NCBI GenBank assembly: GCA_040954595.2
Contig: CM082584.2
Location: forward strand, 6,018,110 to 6,082,109
DNA length: 64,000 nucleotides
Direction of reading: 5' to 3'
DNA from: Balanoglossus misakiensis
Taxonomy: Eukaryota > Animalia > Hemichordata
The notes below the pieces were generated by a model that saw nothing but the letters and a program-made list of their open reading frames with translations, was not told the origin of the DNA and searched no databases. Below, piece after piece: positions 1-12,800 of the stretch (the stretch's first letter is position 1; the number at the start of each line of letters is the position of its first letter). A program made the translations under genes and the position numbers.

Positions 1-246
1 TGAACGGTGCGTATTTGATTGTTGCAAATTAAACGGCACAACTCTTTGCCACGAGAAGCAAATCTTGATTACACAAGTCATCCTTTCCAACTTGGCAGAT
101 GTATATTACAGCTACAATTAAGGAATATAAAAATACAGCTTTCTAAAACACATTAAAGGAAATTTATATGTAAACTTCCTCTTCGTCATGGAAATCTATA
201 TTTTTCTACTTTTATTTTTTTATAATTTATCAACAAATACCAATAG

Positions 247-3200
247 ATGAACCGGCATACACAACATGCCCCGATGACCCAGCTCCTGTGAATGCAGGAA
301 GTGAGGACCAAGCACGGGTTTGGTGGGAGGAACCACAGGCTGAGTGCGTGGGACCAGACACATATGAAAGATCATCACACATTCCCGGTGACTACTTCCC
401 CGTTGGAACTACAACAGTCACTTACGAACTGATTGACAGCGCTGTGGTTGTTGACTCATGCGAGTTCTTTGTCACTGTGGAAGGTAAACTGTCTACAAAC
501 AATATCTGTAACGCTTGTTTTTTATGAGAGTTACAAGTTCAACAGCTAATGGGATTAAAGCTTTGATAAAATGGCACATAGATATTACGCAAGAGTGGCA
601 TTTTCGTAGTACTGAAATGGAACAAGCCCCAACTTAACTAAATTGTTATCCCTACACACAGCCTGAATGTCACGAAACGTTTTGTGTTTTGCTTGTCCTT
701 GAGACATCAGTTCCAATTGTCCTGGGGACTCTTTGGGTTTCCACCATTAAGCTTTAGGACATTGCTTGACCAACACGACTTTGGTTGGCGACGAAATGGT
801 ACAAGATCAAAAGCGTTTATGGCCATTTGAGTAATTTGAATTTTGATGGAGTCAGCCGTTATACTGTGGTTGCTTCCAACCATATATCTGTATGTTTCGA
901 TCAATGTTTGATACCCACTCGACACCCACCCCCTTCCATTCCTGCGGAGAACGTAGAAACACCTCCGTACCATGGGGCTTTCATCCGGGAATGGACCACT
1001 TAAAGCATTTGCATTTTGGCAAGGAACTCCTCTGGACTCAACTTTTTGAAGCCCTTCTGAGTAACTTGCACGACTTGCAAGGCTGGTCATTCATATTAAC
1101 ACCATTCAAATCCGAAACCTTGTGTGATTGGAAATGCATATTCATTCTTTCCCTGCCATATTGCCTGGAAAACATTTTTTTCGGGGACTGCCATGTTTAT
1201 CCTTGTCAGCGAATACTAGTATGTACCACGATTGTTTTAGCTTTCGCTTTCCTTCACAGCGTCAACGAACAATGGCAGCCCTAACATCAAATGTGAAAGC
1301 AAACAATCTGGTAAGTCATTGTAAAATTTACATTGTTGTTACTGTTCAAATGAGCACTTCTAATATAGGTTATAGCTCTTTAAACATTTTCAAGACACGA
1401 AAAATACTGTGATCCCAGCTTTTCCATCAGTGTGAAGAGTGTATTTGGTGCGACGTTTCGCCGTAAAATTAGCGTTGTTTACGAGTGTGGTAAGATGCCA
1501 AAAACACCTAACAAGTTTCGCCGTAAAATTAGCGTTGTTTAAGAGTGTGGTAAGATGCCAAAAACACCTAACAAACCCGTCGTCTCCGCAGTTGTTTTTC
1601 CTGACGTGTTCTTTGACGCTAAAGTCGACGAACGATGTGTGGATTACATCACCATAAGTTGGTCGCTGGATCCCTGCGTGGATCCTGTTTATGAAGTCGG
1701 AAGTTACACCATCACGATCGATCCTGCGACGGTGGAAGGTGTGACACAAATTGATCTGCAAGGGGAAGAGGTTCTGAATGATTTGTACGACCCTATCACT
1801 GGACGAATGGTTTACACAATTGCAACCATCCAACCTGAAGTTTTTTATAACATCACTGTTCTTGTCCGAGACAAAACTGGTGCCAACGAAGCGACAATAA
1901 GTATCATAAGCGGTAAGAAGTTACGTTTTACCACTAATCACCTATCTTTTATTGAAAAAGCAAAATGCCATTATTTTGCGATTCTTTGCCTTGTTCATAT
2001 AATAATGTTGTGTGATACAAACAAATGATGCTGCAATAATACTCCTAAGTGGTGATGGGAAGTCACATTATTGGCTCTGCTTCTTCCCGACTTAGTAGTG
2101 ATGTAACAGAGCCTTGTCAAATTACCGTATATCAGTAACAGGGCACTTTCAGCACATGTGTTTTCTAGCATTTCAGGATAACGGGCAATTGTAATTAATT
2201 GTCATATTCCCGCTAATATCTCACGTTGCTCACCGAGGCGACACCTTGATGGTCGGCATGTGTTTTTGTAAATGTGTGGTTTTTCGCGCTAGACAGCGCG
2301 AGTGTGGCGAAATACGGTGGTGACGTCATGCCAACGAGAAGAGCGGGAATATGACATTATCATTAGAATAAAGGACGCTGGAGTCAGATACCTATCAACT
2401 CCCAACTGAGCACAGCACCTTTATAACAATGTTAGGCCCGCAGAATGAAAGTTTCTTTAAATTGCATGGCTTACATACATGTCCAGGTACATGTACATTT
2501 TGATTCGTTCAGTGGTCACTAGTGTAAGCTTATAAATTGATTTACAAGACCGACTATCACACGCCTTCCTTGCAGATGACATCTGCTTCCGGTTCCAAGT
2601 ATCAAATCCATGTCAAAATGGCGCCACTTGTTGCGACGATGGTGTAAACTATGATTGCCGATGTGCAGGTGATTATAATGGAGATCACTGTGAAGACGAG
2701 GGAAATCCTTGTGACCCAAATCCATGTCAAAATGCTGGACTGTGCATTCGACAATATCCTGGAATGGTATGCAGCTGTCCAATAGGCTATGGCGGTACCT
2801 ACTGTGAGACATGTGAGTAAATGCTGACCATATTGTTGTTAGTTCAAAGAAGTCTTTCTATTATATATTTAACTGCCTTTATCGCCACGTTCTTAATAAA
2901 GACATGTTTTAAATTGTAATATGTTTAATATAAATAATTTCTTTCATGTCGAAGTGGTACTGGTTCCCGTCGAATGCTCGCTCAGCGTCGCTGAAGCACA
3001 TTGTACATCAGCTTTGATAGACTGGGAAGAAATCGGAGTTGGTTTGCCACCGGAAAGGTATGAGGTGTATGGGAACGCACTCGGTGAAACAGAAAAACTT
3101 GTTTTGTGTGGATGTGACTACCCTGAAACATCGTGCCTGGCAGATAACTTGGTGAAAAGTGCAACGTACCTCTATGAGCTAGTAAGCATCGCGGGAGAGG

Positions 3201-3813
3201 ACAATGCCACCTGTGAAGAAACTGAGATATTCACTCTAATAGGTGATGAAGGTCATAAATAAACTTGTAGTTGTTGGGATTCGAACTGAAAACGCTACAA
3301 CTTACACACAGTTAAAGTTTTCAAGTTTACATACAACAGTAAATTAGGTAATAGCTCCGTCAGTTTGAACGGTGTCAATTAGAATATGGCCAAAGAAACA
3401 CATCTTCATAAAGAAGATCTTAACTGTGATGGTCCACAGAGAGAGACAATTATTTTTTTCTACATACCAAATGTATCGCATCGACGTGGGTAAAGTAATC
3501 GATCTATCTACATCTCCTTCTGATATGCAGTAATATGTTACTGTGTTCATAACTAACATATTGATCTTAACTGCAGATGAGCCTGCCTACACGTCTTGCC
3601 CTGAAAACCCTGACGCAGAATATACTGATGGTGTTGATGAAGTCCAGATCTGGTGGGAGGAACCGGCGATTGAATGCCCGAGTTCGGAAACAGCAGAAAG
3701 GTTTTCACATAGGCCTGGTGATTTCTTCCCGATAGGGACCACTAATGTGACGTATGAACTGATTGAATCTGCTGTCATAGTAGATACCTGTATATTCGAC
3801 GTGGTTGTTGTAG
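247..3813 (+). CDS. Gene A exons: HYR, 51-nt linker, FN3-like, EGF x2, FN3, HYR
   Basis: HYR signature V-W-W-E-E-P...SH.PGD.FP.GTT.VTY...C.F.V.V occurs twice. EGF pattern C..NPCQNG/A..C...Y.C.C..Y.G..CE. FN3-like pattern W...Y.V...NL...TY. Confidence 0.85.
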
Positions 3814-6800
3814 GTACGTCCTGGTGTCATCCTCTATAAAACAGAACTATGACAATCAATTTTCAACGATCACTTTAACTGGTAGTGGAGGTACTGGTAA
3901 AACACAGTGATTTGTTCCCTAAGTGTGCTTAATACCAAACAATTGTCCCTCGTGGAGTAAATTCTACCTTGTTTGTCATGATTACCTTCACCGAGATAAA
4001 TGCTGGTACCACGAATGTTGGGGTTTGAAATGTTATACATGCAATGCGGAATGCTCATGTTATTATACAGTAACTTGCATTCTTTGGTACAATATAAGGT
4101 CCAAGAGGCTACCGATGTTTGACTCGTGGACCTGACTATTCCCGGAAACAGTTAATTTTTGAGCAATATATGTACACTTTCTGATTACAGAGCGTGGTGT
4201 ATGCACAGCTTATGGAGATCCCCACTACATTTCCTTCAACAACGAGTATTATGATTTCCAAGGTGTGTGTACATACGTACTAGTTGCAACCAACCAAACC
4301 GTGTCTCCTCAGTTCAACGTCACAGTCTTAAATGTAGAGTCAGAATCCAATCCGGATTACTCAATCACCAAAGAAGTCAATGTGACGATCTTCAACACCG
4401 TGAGTAATTATGTATTGAGAAATTTCACTACACAACATTTGACTTCAAGTTGCGCCCTGACTATCTCACACGATTAAAAGGCAATGTTTCAAATGCTGAT
4501 CAACGCCCGTGTTTAAAACTACCGAAGTGTACAGTCATGTCCAGAAGCATGTTGTGATATTTCCCGTAAAGGCAAACAACGGTGTTGTACTTTTTAAGGC
4601 CCACGAGAGAAATTGACTTTTCTGCTTTCACTTTCAATGGCCATGTGACCAGTAATGCCTGAAACCCATCATACATTTTTGCTCATCTCAGAAAAGCACC
4701 GATGCTTTTGATTGATACATTTGTATTTATGCTATTTATATATTAAGTTATAAAATGTCATCTATTTTCTTGAATGGTGTGATCTGCTATTTTCTTAAAT
4801 TATATCCTTTATCATCGTATGAATAGTTTGATAAACATTACGTGTGATTGGTAATTAGTAATGATTAAACTAGAAAGAATTATTTTCAATACCCATCAAA
4901 TGGTGCGTTCTTTTTATACTGTAAACTATTGCTTAAGGAAGATTAAGGCTCCAGTGAAGATAAGGAATTATCATCGACATGTACAACCTTTAATCATTTC
5001 CAGCTTATATCTCTGATGGAAGGAGGTGAGGTTCGAATAAACGGAATAAGAGTACGTCTGCCAGTGAACCCCGTTGATGGCGTATTTGTTATCCAAAATG
5101 GAATGTTGGTGGTGAGTAAAATATCTAAATAAAAAGCAGAATTTGTTCGGACCATTCTCGTTCATTTCAATGATTTACGAACGCTCACTGACTCACTCAC
5201 TGATTCACTGACTCACCCAGCCATCCAACCATCCATCCATCCATCCATCCATCCATCCATCTATCCAACCAACCAGCTAACCAACTAACCAAACAATCAA
5301 CCAACCAACCAACCAACCAACCAAACGAACAAACAAACAAACAAACAAACAAACAAACAAACAAACAAACAAACAAACAAACAAACAAACAAACAAACAA
5401 ACAAACAAACTCGACCACCCGAAAACCAATAGCCACCCATTGACCAAGTTCCTTTTCTTAGGTTCACCCGTTACTCTATTTTCTTGTAAACACCAGTATG
5501 TATACGTTTATATCACTGTCACTACTATATTCTATTTGCCTTACAGACTGTCTACACCGATTTCGGTGTCTCCGTCAGCTTTGATGGAGACAATCAAGTG
5601 ATAGCCAAAGTGCCAGCAAATCCGTACAAATTTGAAGTTGCTGGCCTGTGTGGTCATTACGGAGAAACAGGCTTTTACAAACCCGGGGGTGCCACGGTAA
5701 GTGATATCAACCGTAAATTTTGCATTTGGAATGTAAGTATACGTATTTCGCGAGTTAACGTGATAATGATACTCAAAATGGACACAGAGATCACGACACA
5801 GTCGTGCTTGTACCACTGCGAATACCAATACTTATCTGCCAAGAAGACAACTGGTCTTTCAATAACACCAAGTGCCTGTATATGTTTATTCCCCGACTTC
5901 ACAGACAGGCGACGTGAACGAGTTTGGTGATAGCTGGGCGACTCAAGTGTGTAAACCAACAAATACGTCGACATGTCCAACACCCGCTGGAACCCATGAG
6001 TGCGACACCATCACAGATGACCCAGGTAAAGAATTATGTTATAGATCCGCAAGCCGCTTTTCAATCGCGCTAATATGAAAAGACCGATGATTTTAGATTT
6101 ATTCATTTCTTCAGAAAAAAGAAACGCTTTGATGCGACTGCTAGATTTCACTAAACGTGGTTTCAAAATAACCATCGTGTGATTCTTGGGCGTAGAAGAT
6201 AACTAACGTTTTCATTTTGTACTATCTCATACTAAAATGTGTGTATAAGTTGTATAAGTGAAGAAAATTATATGTTACACTTACACTATTTGCAGGCCCG
6301 TTTATGGAATGCCATGATGCGGTGGATCCCAACCCATACTATGATGCCTGTCTGGTTGATTACTGTGCTACTGGGGAATATTGTCCAGCCATAGAGGCAT
6401 ACGCACGTCGATGTAGAGAACTTGGAGTTCCCATCGATCACGACTGGAGGAATGAGGATTTCTGTCGTGAGTACTTTTTGGCATTTTAAAAGGGCGCATT
6501 ATGATTTACACACAGTAGTATTGTCTTCAGGTTTTAGTATTTGGAATTCACCTAGTTTGTACATGTGAATTGTTCACAATATTTAAATACGTATTGCAAA
6601 TAGCCAATTACCGGGATTTAAGTTATTGTGCGCAGAACATAAATATACAAAAGTTGCAGCTTTAAAGTTGACTTACATGTACCTACATATTTGCTAACAG
6701 CTGTAACATGTCCAAATGGTACTGAATACTATTCATGTGGGCCTGCATGTATGAACACCTGTGCTGAGCCACCGGCGGAAGCTGGTAAGACCTGTCCAAT

Positions 6801-9800
6801 CACTGGATGCGTAGAGGGGTGTTTTTGCCCAAATGGCACTGTGCTGGATGGAGATAAGTGTGTTGACCCGACTCTCTGTGGATGCCTGACCAATGGAACA
6901 TACCATTCTGTAAGTACTGCAATTATGCCAATCCTGTGGAAACAAAAATGACATACCCACGTGTGCTGGAAATATTAAAATTGTAACATGTATGTAGCAA
7001 ACGCCTATGACAAAAACAGTATACGTAACTACTACAATACGTCACATTCTTAAACAAATTGCATTAATCATTACCCATGATTTCACAATCCTGATGCATA
7101 GATGTTTCCCTGACAATAATATTTAAACTTTCCGTGGTTGGATGGATCTTCCCCCTTTACATACGATTTCTTTCACGGTTGATAAACAAAACAGTGTGGG
7201 TTTTTATTGTTAAGACACATAGTGGATTTCTTGCAGATCGGAGATATTGTAATTAGCCCGGACTGCTCAATGATGTGTACATGCACAGAAAATAAGGAAA
7301 TGGAGTGTTCACAAGTTGTATGTCACCAACATTCAACTTGTTTAATTCGTGATGGTGTAAGGAAATGTTATTGCGATGAACCATATTATGAAGGAAATGG
7401 ATACTACTGCAGAAGTGAGTTGTTTTCTGTTATTTTCTGCTATTAAAGCTGTTTTTTGGTTATAAACAGAATTTATTTATTTTTAGACAATATGGAATAC
7501 TAAGAGATACAACAAACACTTTCAGTTGTCTATTGATAGATATGTGTGCATATACTATGATTACTGCAATGACTGACCAAGTGGTACATTTAGTATGCAC
7601 GGACTGAGTCAATGAATAATACATAACACAATTCTGCACTTACTCTAACAAATAACAAAAAAGTATGACGTAACGAAGAATGGAATATAGGACATTTTGA
7701 GCATCACACAGAAACTAGACTGGTGAGTTGATGTAAACGTCAGTTCGGCATTTTCTCTTCAAACAGAAAAATGTGAAGACCCAGGATCTCCCGAATATGG
7801 AGGACAGAACGAAAATTACGAGTATCCTGTGTCCACTGGAACAAAAGTCACATACTACTGCGATGTGGACTACATGCTGTATGATCCAAACGCCCTGACG
7901 TGCATGGACAACTCATTCACCGTATGTGAATTAGGCTTTTGGTCAGACCCTGTTCCTGAATGCAGAAAAGGATGCGATGACCCAGGTACTCCCGAGCAAG
8001 GCCAACAGGTAGGAGATATTCAGTATCCAGTGTGTACGGGAACAGTAGTGAACTATGAATGCGATGTCTTGCATGAACTTGTAGGTTCCCCATCTACCAC
8101 ATGTCAAGACGGGATTTGGAGTGATCCCGCGCCAATATGTCAGCCGATGTGTACAGACCCTGGCACACCAGATAATGGTTTCCAGGTAGGGAACCCCAGC
8201 TACCCTGTTTCGGAAGGCACAGAGGTGGAATTTGCATGTAATGAAGGCTATTCTTTGTATGATAATCAGACAGAGGTTTGCCTAGATACTTACACCTCAC
8301 AATGCCAAAATGGACAATGGTCAGACCCTGTGCCAATTTGTCAAGCAACATGCACTGATCAGGGGGTCCCAGAAAATGGACAACAGGTAAACCCAGTCAC
8401 ATACCCTGTATGTGAAGGAACAGTTGTAGAGTATCAATGTGATGATATGTATGAACTCATTGGTGAAAGTACGAGTGTCTGCCAGATTGGTGATTGGACC
8501 AGCCCTGTTCCTGAATGCAGAATCATGTGTGATGATCCTGGAACACCTCAGTATGGTTGTCAAATTGGTGATCCACAGTATCCTGCTTCGAATGGGACAG
8601 TTGTCGACTTTTGTTGCAATACAAATTATGATTTGATAGATCCAACAGACGCAACCTGTCTTGAAAGTTACAGCACAATTTGTATTGATGGTAAATGGTC
8701 AGAACCAAACCCAATATGTGAAGCAGAATGTAATGATCCTGGCACACCATCTGATGGCACCCAAGTTGGAGATGTCGAGTATCCTGTATGTTCAGGGACA
8801 TCAGTGTCCTTTACCTGTGATGATAGGCATGAAATGCACGGAAATGAAACAATAACATGCATTGATGGTGACTGGACATCCCCAATACCAAGCTGCAATC
8901 CAACCTGCGAAGATCCTGGCACACCAAGTAATGGACATCAAATAGGAGACCACGTTTATCCCGTGAGTGACGGATATGTAGTCAACTTTGGATGTGATGA
9001 TACCTATGTCTTGTTTAATACTGAAACAAAGGAGTGCATTGAAAGTGCATCCACAACATGTGACAATGGCACTTGGACCGATCTGCTTCCTTTGTGTAAG
9101 AGGGCATGCAATGATCCTGGTTCCCCTGAAAATGGATTTCAGGTGCAGAATGTCACATATCCTGTCTGCACGTTAACCTTTATCCAGTATGGATGTAATG
9201 AGGGCTTTGAACTAGTTGGTGGAAATACAACACTTTGCCATGATTATGAATGGATGAGTTTTCAAGAGCCCATTTGCCAACCTACGTGTGAAGACCCAGG
9301 TAACCCTGAAAATGGTCATCAACTCGACCCACCTGAATATCCTTGTAGTGAAAATACTGACGTGTCTTTTGTTTGCGACGATGGTTACTCGCTCCATGAA
9401 CCCGAGACTTATGAATGTTTAGACTCATACATAAGTACATGTTTAAATGGTAATTGGACTGAACCATTGCCTCGATGTCAACTTGAATGTGATGATCCCG
9501 GACAACCTGATAATGGGCAACAGATTGGTAATCCTGCATATCCAGTCTGCTCTGGTACTACTGTTAGTTTCAGTTGTGATGAGGGGCATGAACTTGTTGG
9601 GGAAGACATGTTAACATGCCAAAATGGCTTGTGGAACGGCGATCCACCAACCTGTTCACCAACCTGTGAAGATCCAGGTAACCCAGAAAATGGACAGCAG
9701 ATAGGAGATAATCAGTACCCTGTAAGCAATGGAACAGTCTTGTACTTTGATTGCAATGAGGACTACTCATTGTATGATGCCGATTTGACAGTCTGTTTGG

Positions 9801-12800
9801 ACGAATACAGCATGGTATGCATCAATGGCAATTGGACAGAACTTCTTCCAATCTGCCAAATCATGTGCAGTGATCCAGGCACACCTGAGAATGGTGAATA
9901 TAAGAATGTGCCACAGTTTCCAGTATGTGAAGGAACGCAGCTTGAATATGTCTGTGATCCTCTGTATGAGTTGATTGGTTCAGAAATAACAGTGTGTCAA
10001 AATGGAATGTGGTCAGATCCAGTTCCTGAATGCAGAATCATGTGTACAGATCCTGGCGACCCTGAAAACGGATACCAAGATGGTGACCCTGAGTATCCAG
10101 CCTCAAATGGAACAGAAGTTATCTTTGAGTGTGATCCCGGCTATTCTCTCCATGATCCCAAGACTGACACTTGTGAAGATTCTTGGTCAACAGTATGTGT
10201 AGATGGCAACTGGACAGAGCCAGTACCAGATTGTCGACTTGAGTGTGATGACCCAGGTGCACCAGAAAATGGACAACAGGTAAACCCAGTCACATACCCT
10301 GTATGTGAAGGAACAGTTGTGGAGTATCAATGTGATGATATGCATGAACTCATTGGTGAAAGTACGAGTGTCTGCCAGAATGGTGTTTGGACCAGCCCTG
10401 TTCCTGAATGCAGAATCATGTGTGATGATCCTGGAACACCTCAGTATGGTTGTCAAATTGGTGATCCACAGTATCCTGCTTCGAATGGGACAGTTGTCGA
10501 CTTTTGTTGCAATACAAATTATGATTTGATAGATCCAACAGACGCAACCTGTCTTGAAAGTTACAGCACAATTTGTATTGATGGTAAATGGTCAGAACCA
10601 AACCCAATATGTGAAGCAGAATGTAATGATCCTGGCACACCATCTGATGGCACCCAAGTTGGAGATGTCGAGTATCCTGTATGTTCAGGGACATCAGTGT
10701 CCTTTACCTGTGATGATAGGCATGAAATGCACGGAAATGAAACAATAACATGCATTGATGGTGACTGGACATCCCCAATACCAAGCTGCAATCCAACCTG
10801 TGAAGATCCTGGCGCTCCAAGTAATGGACATCAAATAGGAGACCATGATTATCCCGTGAGTGACGGACATGTAGTCAACTTTGGATGTGATGATACCTAT
10901 GTCTTGTTTAATACTGAAACAAAGGAGTGCATTGAAAGTGCATCCACAACATGTGACAATGGCACATGGACCGATCTGCTTCCTTTGTGTAAGAGGGCAT
11001 GCAATGACCCTGGTTCCCCTGAAAATGGATTTCAGGTGCAGAATGTCACATATCCTGTCTGCACTTTAACCTTTATCCAGTATGGATGTAATGAGGGCTT
11101 TGAACTAGTTGGTGGAAATACAACACTTTGCCATGATTATGAATGGATGAGTTTTCAAGAGCCCATTTGCCAACCTACGTGTGAAGACCCAGGTAACCCT
11201 GAAAATGGTCATCAACTCGACCCACCTGAATATCCTTGTAGTGAAAATACTGACGTGTCTTTTGTTTGTGACGATGGTTACTCGCTCCATGAACCCGAGA
11301 CTTATGAATGTTTAGACTCATACATAAGTACATGTTTAAATGGTAATTGGACTGAACCATTACCTCGATGTCAACTTGAATGTGATGATCCCGGACAACC
11401 TGATAATGGGCAACAGATTGGTAATCCTGCATATCCAGTCTGCTCTGGTACTACTGTTAGTTTCAGTTGTGATGAGGGGCATGAACTTGTTGGGGAAGAC
11501 ATGTTAACATGCCAAAATGGCTTGTGGAACGACGATCCACCAACCTGTTCACCAACCTGTGAAGATCCAGGTAACCCAGAAAATGGACAGCAGATAGGAG
11601 ATAATCAGTACCCTGTAAGCAATGGAACAGTCTTGTACTTTGATTGCAATGAGGACTACTCATTGTATGATGCCGATTTGACAGTCTGTTTGGACGAATA
11701 CAGCATGGTATGCATCAATGGCAATTGGACAGAACTTCTTCCAATCTGCCAAATCATGTGCAGTGATCCAGGCACACCTGAGAATGGTGAATATAAGAAT
11801 GTGCCACAGTTTCCAGTATGTGAAGGAACGCAGCTTGAATATGTCTGTGATCCTCTGTATGAGTTGATTGGTTCAGAAATAACAGTGTGTCAAAATGGAA
11901 TGTGGTCAGATCCAGTTCCTGAATGCAGAATCATGTGTACAGATCCTGGCGACCCTGAAAACGGATACCAAGATGGTGACCCTGAGTATCCAGCCTCAAA
12001 TGGAACAGAAGTTATCTTTGAGTGTGATCCCGGCTATTCTCTCCATGATCCCAAGACTGACACTTGTGAAGATTCTTGGTCAACAGTATGTGTAGATGGC
12101 AACTGGACAGAGCCAGTACCAGATTGTCGACTTGAGTGTGATGACCCAGGTGCACCAGAAAATGGACAACAGGTAAACCCAGTCACATACCCTGTATGTG
12201 AAGGAACAGTTGTGGAGTATCAATGTGATGATATGCATGAACTCATTGGTGAAAGTACGAGTGTCTGCCAGAATGGTGTTTGGACCAGCCCTGTTCCTGA
12301 ATGCAGAATCATGTGTGATGATCCTGGAACACCTCAGTATGGTTGTCAAATTGGTGATCCACAGTATCCTGCTTCGAATGGGACAGTTGTCGACTTTTGT
12401 TGCAACACAAATTATGATTTGATAGATCCAACAGACGCAACCTGTCTTGAAAGTTACAGCACAATTTGTATTGATGGTAAATGGTCAGAACCAAACCCAA
12501 TATGTGAAGCAGAATGTAATGATCCTGGCACACCATCTGATGGCACTCAAGTTGGAGATGTCGAGTATCCTGTATGTTCAGGGACATCAGTGTCCTTTAC
12601 CTGTGATGATAGGCATGAAATGCACGGAAATGAAACAATAACATGCATTGATGGTGACTGGACGTCCCCAATACCAAGCTGCAATCCAACCTGTGAAGAT
12701 CCTGGCGCTCCAAGTAATGGACATCAAATAGGAGACCATGATTATCCCGTGAGTGACGGATATGTAGTCAACTTTGGATGTGATGATACCTATGTCTTGT

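Noticed and set aside
707-1250. Overlapping 70-130 aa ORFs in the first visible intron of gene A
   Set aside because: No recognisable motif and no counterpart in gene B. They may be a decayed insertion but cannot be supported.
3243-3248. Weak donor GTGATG after the FN3 exon and a one-codon deletion at ~13250 as signs of gene A pseudogenisation
   Set aside because: GT is intact, the exon length equals gene B's, the deletion is in frame, and I found no premature stops.
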